Assembly: GCA_041739995.1 (NCBI GenBank)
Contig: JBGSMV010000028.1
Coordinates: 1 to 40,817 of the forward strand
DNA: 40,817 bases
Origin: Bdellovibrionota bacterium
Lineage (GTDB): Bacteria; Bdellovibrionota_C; UBA2361; JBGSMV01
Direction of reading: 5' to 3'
The position numbers were made by a program, and so were the translations under genes. This document shows positions 9,305 to 18,485 of the stretch, piece by piece. Position 1 is the first letter of the stretch, and every line of letters starts with the position of its first letter. The notes beneath the pieces were generated by a model that worked only from the letters and a program-made list of their open reading frames with translations, was not told where the DNA came from and did not search any database.

Positions 9305-9766
9305 ATGGCAGAAAAACCACTTCCAGCAGATTTCCTCGAGTTCTTAGCGAACCGCACCCCCCTCGATTATGACAGGGTGCCAGAGGAGATTCGCGAATGG
9401 TTTCGCATCGAGGTCGAACAAGGTGGTAAGCGCGGGCTCTATGAAGAGTCTAGTTTCTGGCACTCAAAGATAAATACGGTCCGAAATGATGAGGGCTACG
9501 AGGTCGAGCAGTGCGGACCGGCAACGCTAATCTTAAGAACCCCGGAGGGAGAAGACCTCACACTCAATCCAGACTACTGGATAGACGGCACAGATAATGT
9601 GGTAGGCCTTCGCTTCCCCCGGGGGCTCACTTGGGATGAAAGTGATCAGGTCCTCGGTCCTGAAGAGCTTCGCCTCGTGATGACCATCCTCGATGATGCG
9701 TATCTCGCTTTCGAAACACACACCAAGTTTTGGGTCGACAGAAGCTTCTCCGCGTTTGACGCTTAG
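9305..9766 (+). CDS. Hypothetical acidic protein, possibly Imm74-like immunity protein
   Basis: Clean ORF. GYEVEQCG...WD...EELRLVMTILDDAY pattern is reminiscent of Imm74. Confidence 0.5.
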   Translation: MAEKPLPADFLEFLANRTPLDYDRVPEEIREWFRIEVEQGGKRGLYEESSFWHSKINTVRNDEGYEVEQCGPATLILRTPEGEDLTLNPDYWIDGTDNVVGLRFPRGLTWDESDQVLGPEELRLVMTILDDAYLAFETHTKFWVDRSFSAFDA

Positions 9767-10131
9767 AGCTTTTGTTTCACTTTCGGTCGAAGCGGTTCTT
9801 TCGGGCGTGCGTGAATCCTCTCGTTTTCTACTTTGATGTTAATAATCTCTCTCGTATCCGTCCCACCACCCTCAGGTTTCGCAGTGGATCTGAGAGCGCT
9901 AGAAACCCTGCATTGTAGAGGAGGGGGCGGATGCGAACATTCAAAGAGATTGAAACGCTTGTGGAGGAGCAGGAACGAAACGCTCAAAACGCGCCGGCAG
10001 TTTGTGCTGCTCGCGGATTATACGAGAAGGGTTTTTACGTGTAGCGGCTATTAGCTCATGGGTCAAAAACTGCCCCAGTTGGCCTTTCACTCCCGCCTCA
10101 GCCTATTTTCAACCAGTTAGGAACCTCGATC

Positions 10132-10221
10132 CCCGTCCGGGCACCCCTATAAGCACACGCCCAACTGTTACCTTTCCATACCTGTTGTGGCCCTCCGGAG
10201 GCTCGATTGCCCCCGGCCTAA
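10132..10221 (+). repeat. 90-bp direct repeat A, copy 2
   Basis: Matches 4984-5073. Confidence 0.95.
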
Positions 10222-10267
10222 GTGCATCACACAGAAGTTTTGTTTGTATACTTTTGAAGGGACTCGC

Positions 10268-12127
10268 ATGAAGACGCTATCACTATCTCTTGCCACCGCA
10301 ATTCTTCTAAGTGCCTCCACCGTTGTCGCATGCCCAATTCGCTTCGATATTTCTGGGCGCACCGCCTTCGCGAGTGACGGCACTCTCATCGGCGACCGAC
10401 TCGGACAGTCGGTGGGTAGTATTGGTGATTTTAACGGTGACGGCGTAGGCGATTTCGCAGCTGCGTCACTGCGCGACATCGCTACAGGGACTGGGCGTAA
10501 CATTAAAGTGTTCTCAGGACGCACAGGAGCACAACTTGTAAAATTCAATAGCCCCGACACTATTCGTTCATTCGGGGACGAGCTCGTTGCGCTCGGCGAT
10601 GTTACAGGAGACGGTCGTTCCGACTTCGCCGCCAATCGACCACAGCTTAGCGTCAACGGTGCAGAATTCAACCGCGGTCAGGTGTTGATGTACTCAGCAG
10701 GCCTAAGTACTCCATTCGCTACTCTCGAAGGTCTCTCGTACGAAGACTTCGCCTCGAGCATTACGTCCCCAGGAGATCTCAATGGCGACGGAGTAAGAGA
10801 TCTAGCAGTGGGAGCTCCACAGCGCCCCATTAATGGGTTTCATCGCGGTGCAATTTACATTTTTTCAGGCAGTACCCGTGGCCTCATCACCACCATACTA
10901 AATCCCAATGAAGACCTTTCGTCCTTTGGCGGCGTTGTGCGCTCAGTTGGCGATGTCGACGGCGACGGGGTAGGGGACTTCGTTACGTTGTCGGAATTTT
11001 CTAGCACGCCATACTTCGCGCTCTTCTCGGGGCGCCTTGCCGGCATGGGCGCACCATCACTCCTTGGGGTGTTTAGCGGAAGTGCTGCGGACCTCAATCT
11101 TGGCGTCGATGCTGCTGCGCTCGGCGACACGAACGGCGATGGTCGCGATGAGTTTCTCCTTATCGCCAATGATGACGCTGCCAGCTTTCCCAAGCGCGAA
11201 GTGCTCGTAATGTCATGGACAGGGTCCCAGATTGCAGTGCGCCTTGCGACAAGGAGCGCGGCGGACGACGGTTTTGGATACAAGACCGCCTCCGTAGCGG
11301 ATATTAACGGCGATGGCATTCGTGACTTTGCCGTCGCTGCCGCAACCCTCCAGAGCAACTCTCAGTATCTTGTAATTTTTTCAGGCTCAAACGGCGCAGA
11401 ACTCCAGCGATTCACTGACCCAGCCTTTAATGGCCTTCAGCTCACATCCCTCGGTGATATCGACGGCAATGGAACTACCGAGTTTTTGATTGGAGACTCC
11501 ACTGATATACGCCGGGCAGATCTCACTGGCGTTACCTCCAGTACCCAAATGCGGGACCCAGAGTCTGGCGCCCTTATTGTGCGCAGCATTGGAGCCGACA
11601 ACAACGGGAACCAAATCCCAGATTCGTGCGAGACCCCCGGCGGTAATGGTAATTCTGGTAACGGCGGCTCAGGCGGTGGAACTCCTGGTAACGGATCCGG
11701 TGGCGTGTCCGTAATCCGATTTATCCCGCTCTACGACTCAAAGAGAAACCTAAAGAGCATCTCCTTCTCTGCCTCAAACCCGATTAGCGGACAGTCCGTT
11801 ACCCCACCGGCTTCATGCAAACTCACCCTAAGTCTCGCGCTGCGCAGACGAGCAGGGAGTAATGGCTCTACCAACATTGTTGAATTTCCCATCAGTACAC
11901 TGGGCGTTCAACTTCCAGTTCAGGCGCTCCCCGCGTTGAAAAAGAAATCGCTCAAAGGAAAACGAGTGACCTACATGACCGGCGTTACTTGCTATGGAGA
12001 ACTCTCCTCTAACTTTAGAGGGGAACCAGGCACCCTGCGAATACCTGCGAAGAAAACGGGTATGGCAGCACCTACTTGGCTCAAACTACTCAAGCATCGC
12101 CTGACTCTCGCTAGCTCTGGACTCTAA
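10268..12127 (+). CDS. Secreted FG-GAP / integrin-alpha beta-propeller repeat protein
   Basis: Signal peptide from ATG 10268. Seven DxNGDG-type repeats (GDFNGDG, GDVTGDG, GDLNGDG, GDVDGDG, GDTNGDG, ADINGDG, GDIDGNG). Gly-rich linker and basic C-terminal domain. Confidence 0.9.
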   Translation: MKTLSLSLATAILLSASTVVACPIRFDISGRTAFASDGTLIGDRLGQSVGSIGDFNGDGVGDFAAASLRDIATGTGRNIKVFSGRTGAQLVKFNSPDTIRSFGDELVALGDVTGDGRSDFAANRPQLSVNGAEFNRGQVLMYSAGLSTPFATLEGLSYEDFASSITSPGDLNGDGVRDLAVGAPQRPINGFHRGAIYIFSGSTRGLITTILNPNEDLSSFGGVVRSVGDVDGDGVGDFVTLSEFSSTPYFALFSGRLAGMGAPSLLGVFSGSAADLNLGVDAAALGDTNGDGRDEFLLIANDDAASFPKREVLVMSWTGSQIAVRLATRSAADDGFGYKTASVADINGDGIRDFAVAAATLQSNSQYLVIFSGSNGAELQRFTDPAFNGLQLTSLGDIDGNGTTEFLIGDSTDIRRADLTGVTSSTQMRDPESGALIVRSIGADNNGNQIPDSCETPGGNGNSGNGGSGGGTPGNGSGGVSVIRFIPLYDSKRNLKSISFSASNPISGQSVTPPASCKLTLSLALRRRAGSNGSTNIVEFPISTLGVQLPVQALPALKKKSLKGKRVTYMTGVTCYGELSSNFRGEPGTLRIPAKKTGMAAPTWLKLLKHRLTLASSGL

Positions 12128-12339
12128 ACCGGACCGACACTTCGCTTTGTCCAATCAAGGCGCGAGAAGCGATCTGCCCTGATGAGCATCGGCACGACTG
12201 CGAGCCATGGTGTTTAAGGAGCACCCGATCAATAGGGGCGACAAGCACGGCATCGAGTTAGGCTAGAGATAATCATTTCTCCACCGGTGCATGCGCGCCA
12301 AGATCCGAGCTTACCCATCTCAAAGGATGCCACCACTTT

Positions 12340-13185
12340 CTATTGCGTTCGATCCTTTATTTGGTTTCCATGAAGCGGGGGAATTTGCTCATAAGTCGAG
12401 GAGGCAAAGCCACGCTCCCGAAGTTTGAAATCCTCATCCGACACAGCTTTTACTCGGCCATGAAAATCCTTGGGCACCATGCCGATCGAGACAAGACACC
12501 CCTTGAAGTTCTCAGAAACTGACATCTCAAAGCGGGCCGCTCGCAAATCAGCCTCGAACAAACACTCGCTAAACTTACACGACTTACTAAACACGGTAGC
12601 TCCGACGTCACCGGAGAGGCGCGTGCGCTTACCCGCCCCTCTCACCGCGTCCCAAGTGCCCCCACTCGAGCGTATGTCAAGCTGGGCGCCATCAATGCAC
12701 ACGTCGCGCATATCCAATCGTGTCGCACGCACTACACCCTTGTGCGAGAGCGCAGCGCGAGAAATCTCAAGTGTCGATGCTGATACAAGGTCCACGCACA
12801 CTTCACCGGATACGATATTGTCGAGAGCACGAGGCTCAAACCCCTCTGATAGAAGACCTTTGAAAAATGAGGAGGAAAGACCCTGCGCGCCCTCTCCGCG
12901 ATGATACCTCTCCAGTAACTGCGCGTGACACGCCCAGAAGGACGTTAGGGACGGGAGCGCCGGCACCGCAAGGAGAGCTAACCAAGGCTCGTGTGGCGTA
13001 ATTCTCTTTGCACCCATGCCACGCACCTCTAGCACGCGGCCATGAACCGGATGGGTTCCAAGCACAATCTCTTGGCTTGTATGCGGACTCGGCGATACTC
13101 GCCAAGCAGCGTCAGGCGTAAAGAGCAGCGCCGACAGATCTTGCGTTACAGCTCGCGGAGTTCTCTGGGCCGACGCAGCTATCAT
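12340..13185 (-). CDS. Hypothetical protein, beta-helix/pentapeptide-like paralog 3
   Basis: Shares its C-terminal domain with the two upstream ORFs (GL..GF...L.NI ... W..V...GK...L.G.VG ... ADLR). Confidence 0.75.
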   Translation of the reverse strand: MIAASAQRTPRAVTQDLSALLFTPDAAWRVSPSPHTSQEIVLGTHPVHGRVLEVRGMGAKRITPHEPWLALLAVPALPSLTSFWACHAQLLERYHRGEGAQGLSSSFFKGLLSEGFEPRALDNIVSGEVCVDLVSASTLEISRAALSHKGVVRATRLDMRDVCIDGAQLDIRSSGGTWDAVRGAGKRTRLSGDVGATVFSKSCKFSECLFEADLRAARFEMSVSENFKGCLVSIGMVPKDFHGRVKAVSDEDFKLRERGFASSTYEQIPPLHGNQIKDRTQ

Positions 13186-14075
13186 GAGGACTTACCCGTC
13201 GTACCAGGGCTCGATCGGTCGGCAGCTTGGTGCCACGTACCTGAAACCGAGGCCTTGAAATCGGCCGTTTCCGTTACCTTTCGTCGCTCCTCTGCTTCAC
13301 TTGACTCTATTGGTATTAGAGTCTTACCGAACCATTCAGGAGCCATGACAGTCGTCATTGAATAACCACGCGAATTTTTCTGGACCTGAGGGTCGAGCGA
13401 GGCGCTTCGAAAGTCAGCGCGTATCGAGCAATCCCGGAACGCACAGGTGCGATCGAGACACACCTTGCCCACCGAACCAGTAAAGAGCGATTTCTTTCCT
13501 TGCAACGCCACTTCCGACCACACTCCCTGCTCGACCTGAAAGGCAATATGCGCGTCATCAAACGTCACTCGCGTAAGATCAAGCGTCTTTGCGGCAAGCG
13601 TCGTTGCCATGCTTAACCGACAATCTGCAAATGCGGTGTGCTCAGCCAGGGAGAGCGGGAGTCGGAGGCCGCTTACAGAGATATTCTGAAGACGGGAAAT
13701 TCGAAACCCCTGCTTCATGAGCCCATGAAGGAACTTCGATTCAAGTACTTGCTTACCATCCTTTGGCTCTGCTGCCAGAAAGTTTCCTAAGACCGTAGCC
13801 CGCTCTCCCCAAGAATTATCAGATGCCCCCACCTTTACGCACTCAATCAACATGTCTTCTTTGGCGTTTACCCGCACGCCATGCTTCGCACGCCAGGTGA
13901 GGCGCGTCACATCGGTTGGCAATATCGTCAGAGAGAGCCCGGGGCTGAGCTCACAATTGGCCACATGCCGAAACAGATCGCGCTGTGCCTCCCTAGAAAA
14001 GAGTAATGAGTCGAGACTTTGCACAGTGCTCGTGCCCATTGAGCGCGTATGAGTCGAATCCATGCGTTGTTCCAC
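13182..14075 (-). CDS. Hypothetical protein, beta-helix/pentapeptide-like paralog 2
   Basis: GGAG RBS, ATGA overlap with the next gene, collinear similarity to 12340-13185. Confidence 0.75.
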   Translation of the reverse strand: MEQRMDSTHTRSMGTSTVQSLDSLLFSREAQRDLFRHVANCELSPGLSLTILPTDVTRLTWRAKHGVRVNAKEDMLIECVKVGASDNSWGERATVLGNFLAAEPKDGKQVLESKFLHGLMKQGFRISRLQNISVSGLRLPLSLAEHTAFADCRLSMATTLAAKTLDLTRVTFDDAHIAFQVEQGVWSEVALQGKKSLFTGSVGKVCLDRTCAFRDCSIRADFRSASLDPQVQKNSRGYSMTTVMAPEWFGKTLIPIESSEAEERRKVTETADFKASVSGTWHQAADRSSPGTTGKSS

Positions 14076-14107
14076 TTGCTCCCTCCTTCGTTACCGATCC
14101 GTCTAAG

Positions 14108-16636
14108 CTATTCGCCAACCACTTCCTCAACACCCGAGAGATAGAGCTGCAGCGCATCATCGGGAAGGAACCAGGGCAGCTTTCGCCGCGCAGGTCCGCG
14201 CGGTGGCAACCTCTTCGCGCGCTCAAAGACAAGGTCGAGGACATAGTACAATGCCCCATGGTAGTGCTGCGTTTCTTCGCCGTTCACGGGCTCACGCCGC
14301 ACGAGTACCGGACTCTTTCCTGAGCTCTTCGTATAGGTCTCAAAGCGGAGCTGACATGGAGCCTCGTCGACTGGAGGCGCGACGTAAATCTTCAGGAGTT
14401 CCATCGGTGCTATTTTAAGCGCGACACGGCTACGCGATTCTTCTGTCGCCGTAGGCGTCTCTGCCGCGTATTTAAAGGAAGTCTTGGCGGGCCGGTAGTG
14501 ATTCTCGGGCTCGAGCAGACGAATGGCGCTGATGAATCGCTCGGAGGTGAAAGCCTCGTCACGCTTCGTGCGCTCAGAATCCCACTCGTCATGCGAGAGG
14601 TTCCGGATTTTTAAGCGCGCTATCAGCGCAGAGTTCATATTCTTACCGCGGTAGAGCAGTCCAGAAAGCCGTCTTTGGAGGTTGTCGCCAAGGACATCCA
14701 TCTGACGCAGGTCTGCTTCGGTCGCATTCGCCTGCAATGTACAGTCGGCATCAAACGTCCCCGCACCAAAACTGCCACGCAACGTCGTCATGCGTGAAAA
14801 GTGGCAGTTGCGCCACGTTGACTGGGAGAGCTGCAGGTCTACGGTCGTATTTAGCAAATCTACGTCGACACACGTTGCGGTGCTCCCGCGTAGTCTCAGA
14901 ATCACTCCCATGCTCTCTGCTGCGACCGAACGGAGAGTAGCTCCGGGTGCGAGCTCAAGGTTAAAGATCCCAACGTCCGTTGATGGTGAAAGAATAATGT
15001 TCTCGAGAGTCTTTAATTGGCCGTAACTCGAGAGCGAAACAAGCAAATCAGTGGTAAGTGGACTTCCTGATTTGGATGCGAGTCCCCGATCAAACTCTGC
15101 GCACACTTGTTCAACAAAGCGCGGGAACTCCACGCGAGAGCTCAAGGCGCCATGAAGCGAGATCTCGATAACTGTTGGTTCGTTCGCAAGTTTTTTACAC
15201 TCCGCGGACGCGGCAGTCTCCCATCGCAGGACGAGTTCTCCACTGGGCGTTCTCGATAGCACCAGCTCATTGCCGCGCAGCTGAATACTTTCGCCAGCTG
15301 AGGGCCAAGTGCTCGCTTCCGGCCCCGGCCCAGGAGCTGGCGGCGGGGGTAACTCGTTCATCCGAGGCAGGGGAGGAAGCTTATCAAGATCCAGCTCTTC
15401 CTTTGCTACTGGGGGCGTGGGTTCAGGGTTTGCCTGTGGAGATGGAACGTCGAGCGAAGGAAGAGTTTCGGGCGGGGTGGCCTTCGGAGTCACGGGCCTT
15501 GCGTCCTTGATCTCACGAAAAGGACGAAAGCACTGCACGCAGTCCGACAGCCCAGCAATCTTGGTAATTAACTCCTGAATCTCCTCATGGTCCGGTTCAA
15601 ATGTCGGCACATAGCGCGGAGAGCGATTTAGAGGCCTGTTGGGCACATCAAACGGAGTAAAGGACACAAGCCGCATCTCTGGGTCATTGCTGAAGTCTGC
15701 GAGTTTTGGCGGATACAACTGCCCCTCGACTCTAAGCTCATGCGGAGCCGCTGGGGCATTCATGATGCTTTCGAATAGGTCTTTGGAAGCTGCGTTGTCT
15801 CTCTTCGGAAGAGTATCTGGCCTGTCAGGTGTAATCGCGAACGGATCCTGAGGCACTGGAAGAGAGCTTAGCTCAATCACCTTTGGCCTAATCCCATACT
15901 TATCAAGAAGCCTTCGCAGCCGGTCCCTTCGGTGCTGCACATCCTCAATCGCTTGCGGAGGCGAGTAGCGGCGGTCCCACCACGATTGGATCGTCTCCTC
16001 AGCCTGTTCCGGACGCAGCTTTCTAAGGTGCCGCTCAGATGCAAGCTCTAAGCGCAGCACCGCCGCGGGACCAAGTCTACGGGCCGTATCGAGGCCAAAC
16101 CGATCAACAATTTGCGGCCATGACATTGGAGATAGAACCAACGGGTGCTCTTTTTGGGCATATCCAGGCCCTCGATAACGGCTCCACGTGCACGCTTTCG
16201 AGTTAAGGTACTTCCTTACCCTGTCGAGTCGCTCAGGCGTCATTCGAGGATGCACCCTCAATGATTGCCACACGCACAATCGCCGATGGAGAGTTTCAGA
16301 AATGTCTTCGAGGACGGTGCTGAGCGACTGCACCGGGTTCATGAGCGGTTCATCCCGGCCGCGAATTTGGGGAAACCCACTATCGAGAGAGTCATTTCTT
16401 GTAATGAGTCCGACTTCCTCGAGCACTGCGCGCATGTCCGAGATATCCGCAAGCAAGTGCTTCGTTCTCGAACGGACCTGTTTATCCTCAAGTTGGAGTT
16501 CAACTTGAACTCGCTCCGCTGCAATGGTCTCCTCTAAAGTGCGCTGTTTTGCGAACAGGGCATCGATGTGGCGACCAGCCGAATGGAGGTTGCCCTTAAG
16601 TAACGGCTCGGTGGTGCCTGGATTGCTTGTAAGCAT
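14108..16636 (-). CDS. Large multidomain hypothetical protein (helical N-terminus, Pro-rich linker, beta-helix-like paralog domain)
   Basis: Long ORF. ATG 16636 chosen because the upstream part overlaps the vWA gene and its terminator. Shared domain includes TLENII...STWRNC...TLRGSFG...EADLR. Confidence 0.8.
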   Translation of the reverse strand: MLTSNPGTTEPLLKGNLHSAGRHIDALFAKQRTLEETIAAERVQVELQLEDKQVRSRTKHLLADISDMRAVLEEVGLITRNDSLDSGFPQIRGRDEPLMNPVQSLSTVLEDISETLHRRLCVWQSLRVHPRMTPERLDRVRKYLNSKACTWSRYRGPGYAQKEHPLVLSPMSWPQIVDRFGLDTARRLGPAAVLRLELASERHLRKLRPEQAEETIQSWWDRRYSPPQAIEDVQHRRDRLRRLLDKYGIRPKVIELSSLPVPQDPFAITPDRPDTLPKRDNAASKDLFESIMNAPAAPHELRVEGQLYPPKLADFSNDPEMRLVSFTPFDVPNRPLNRSPRYVPTFEPDHEEIQELITKIAGLSDCVQCFRPFREIKDARPVTPKATPPETLPSLDVPSPQANPEPTPPVAKEELDLDKLPPLPRMNELPPPPAPGPGPEASTWPSAGESIQLRGNELVLSRTPSGELVLRWETAASAECKKLANEPTVIEISLHGALSSRVEFPRFVEQVCAEFDRGLASKSGSPLTTDLLVSLSSYGQLKTLENIILSPSTDVGIFNLELAPGATLRSVAAESMGVILRLRGSTATCVDVDLLNTTVDLQLSQSTWRNCHFSRMTTLRGSFGAGTFDADCTLQANATEADLRQMDVLGDNLQRRLSGLLYRGKNMNSALIARLKIRNLSHDEWDSERTKRDEAFTSERFISAIRLLEPENHYRPAKTSFKYAAETPTATEESRSRVALKIAPMELLKIYVAPPVDEAPCQLRFETYTKSSGKSPVLVRREPVNGEETQHYHGALYYVLDLVFERAKRLPPRGPARRKLPWFLPDDALQLYLSGVEEVVGE

Positions 16637-16687
16637 AAAGTTGTTGCCCTTTTCCCGAAGGTGCTCATCAAAAGCACGAGTTACTGC

Positions 16688-16735
16688 AAAAATCCGCAGT
16701 GAAAGAGTGGTGTTCAGAGTTAACCTTTCACTGCG
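16688..16735 (-). terminator. Intrinsic terminator-like hairpin after the vWA gene
   Basis: 11-bp arms CGCAGTGAAAG / CTTTCACTGCG, followed by TTTTT on the minus strand. Confidence 0.6.
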
Positions 16736-16748
16736 AATCTCAGCGCTC

Positions 16749-17432
16749 CTAAAGGCCCATGCCCCGAAACGTTGAGTTTGACAGATCGCCAAAGGCACGC
16801 CGCAGCTGATCACGCCCCAGCTCTGTGGGACGAATGCCAGCCTCTGGAAAGCCAATCCGCATCAGGAGGCTCTTGAGCTCAAGACCTCCATCCGCTCCCA
16901 TCGCGAGAGCGTTCGCAAAAAAACCACGACGACAGAACCAGTCCATACGGATCTTCACATGTTCCTCCGAGGTCAGGCTGACGGCGAACGGTCGCTGGCC
17001 AACCTCAACCCCTTCGAGCCCATCACTCATCAGCATCAGACCGCAGCGAACGCCGAGCCCTTGCTGCGAAGCGGCCTTATACACCGCTTCGATATGGTCG
17101 AGCGACGCCGCAAGGAAGTCGAGCAGGGGCGTACAGTTGATGAAGTCAAAGTCCGAAGGACTAAGAACAGGCATCTTCTCGAGGGGATACCATCCCCTCT
17201 GCACAGCCCCATGGAAGCACACCGTGAGCACTTCGGTGCGTGCCCTGGCCTTGCCCCCGAGAAGAGCCAGCTTCATTTCCTCGACCGCTTCAAGCTGATG
17301 GTCGAACAGGCTTTTGCCGCTGACCATCGTATCTCGGGTACTCTCCGAGTTGTCGATGATAATGACCAGGTACCGACCATCCTCTTCGAGTTTGGTTGGC
17401 ATACTTCGCGTTTCCGAATCTATTGCTGGCAT
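16749..17432 (-). CDS. TerY-like von Willebrand factor A domain protein
   Basis: MIDAS motif IIIDNSES, CTPL, LMLMSDG. Clustered with kinase and PP2C genes. Confidence 0.85.
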   Translation of the reverse strand: MPAIDSETRSMPTKLEEDGRYLVIIIDNSESTRDTMVSGKSLFDHQLEAVEEMKLALLGGKARARTEVLTVCFHGAVQRGWYPLEKMPVLSPSDFDFINCTPLLDFLAASLDHIEAVYKAASQQGLGVRCGLMLMSDGLEGVEVGQRPFAVSLTSEEHVKIRMDWFCRRGFFANALAMGADGGLELKSLLMRIGFPEAGIRPTELGRDQLRRAFGDLSNSTFRGMGL

Positions 17433-17447
17433 TCCAGCTCCTTTCTC

Positions 17448-18482
17448 TCAGTTGGACTGAACCTTCTGCCCGCAGGGGCAAAAGTCAGCAGAGACCTCAC
17501 TCCCACACGCTGGGCAACGCACCCAGCGGATGGAGCGCAGAAGGGCAAGCGGGAAGGACCCACGATTTCCATGGGTGAAAACCCCATAGAGGTACTCGTA
17601 CAGCTCTTCCCTAAGCGACTCGGGCGGCCGTAGAGAGGCCCCAACTCGGATGCTTGGGTCAAGTACACTGAGGCCTCTGAGCGCGCGCACACGCCGCAGG
17701 CTCAGCTCGGGTGCATCGTCTGAGAGTCGATGAGCACCCGCCCACGGAGACAGTCCCGTGAGCGACTGAAGCACCAAACAACAGAAGCCGTACCAATCCG
17801 ATTCAGGAGTGTAGGGCTTCTGCAGCTGGTAGGCATGCGGGTCAGAGTCCCGAACGGCCTCATCCTGCAGGAGTAGTTCCGGATCAACAGTACCTGGATA
17901 GACTGTAGTGCACGGCAAGCCAGGATACTGATACGCAACCACATCGATGGCCCAGAGCGAATCTCCCGAGAAGCCAAAGTTGTGCGGGCTCAGCTCACCA
18001 ATGACTACCTTCGCCTCATGGCACTGCGAGATGAAGGCATGCAACTCGATGAGCGCACGCGTCGTCTTTGCTGCATCCCATGAGTGCGAGTGTTCTGCAA
18101 AAGACTGCCACTCCGACAGAAGGTCCATGGTGCAACCCACCAAGTTACTTGTCCCATGGAGATAGAGCGGTAGCCTTGGAAGCGCCGCTCTCTGTGGAAG
18201 CCGAAGGCTAGCTGCGGAAATTCGTTGTAGATACTTCTCTTCAATGCCGCTTTCGACCGTTGAGTCAAGGAGCGAGCGTTCAAAGCGGAGCACCACGTTT
18301 CGAATTTTCCGCAACACCGCCTCACCACCGCTTGGCATGAAGCTCTGATCGAAAGACGGCGAACCGACACCGGTCACGCCGCCTTCAATCCCCAAAAGTT
18401 TTCGAAGCACTGGGCGCGCCAGCGTGCCCTCAAAGCCGCGCAACGACGCACGCCCTGCCTCCATGTCGAGGTAGATGTGCAT
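17448..18482 (-). CDS. YegI-like Ser/Thr kinase-fold protein with C-terminal Zn ribbon (catalytic motifs divergent)
   Basis: SGGEA, VVIGELSPHNF, IDVVAYQ, DPEL, SDWYGF, GLSPW, CPACG...CPCG. Confidence 0.8.
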   Translation of the reverse strand: MHIYLDMEAGRASLRGFEGTLARPVLRKLLGIEGGVTGVGSPSFDQSFMPSGGEAVLRKIRNVVLRFERSLLDSTVESGIEEKYLQRISAASLRLPQRAALPRLPLYLHGTSNLVGCTMDLLSEWQSFAEHSHSWDAAKTTRALIELHAFISQCHEAKVVIGELSPHNFGFSGDSLWAIDVVAYQYPGLPCTTVYPGTVDPELLLQDEAVRDSDPHAYQLQKPYTPESDWYGFCCLVLQSLTGLSPWAGAHRLSDDAPELSLRRVRALRGLSVLDPSIRVGASLRPPESLREELYEYLYGVFTHGNRGSFPLALLRSIRWVRCPACGSEVSADFCPCGQKVQSN

Positions 18483-18485
18483 TGC

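Noticed and set aside
9763..9987. 74-aa minus-strand ORF as a toxin remnant
   Set aside because: No recognisable motif and insufficient evidence.
16637..16855. N-terminal 73 aa of the 915-aa ORF call
   Set aside because: It overlaps the vWA gene and a terminator hairpin. ATG 16636 is more plausible.
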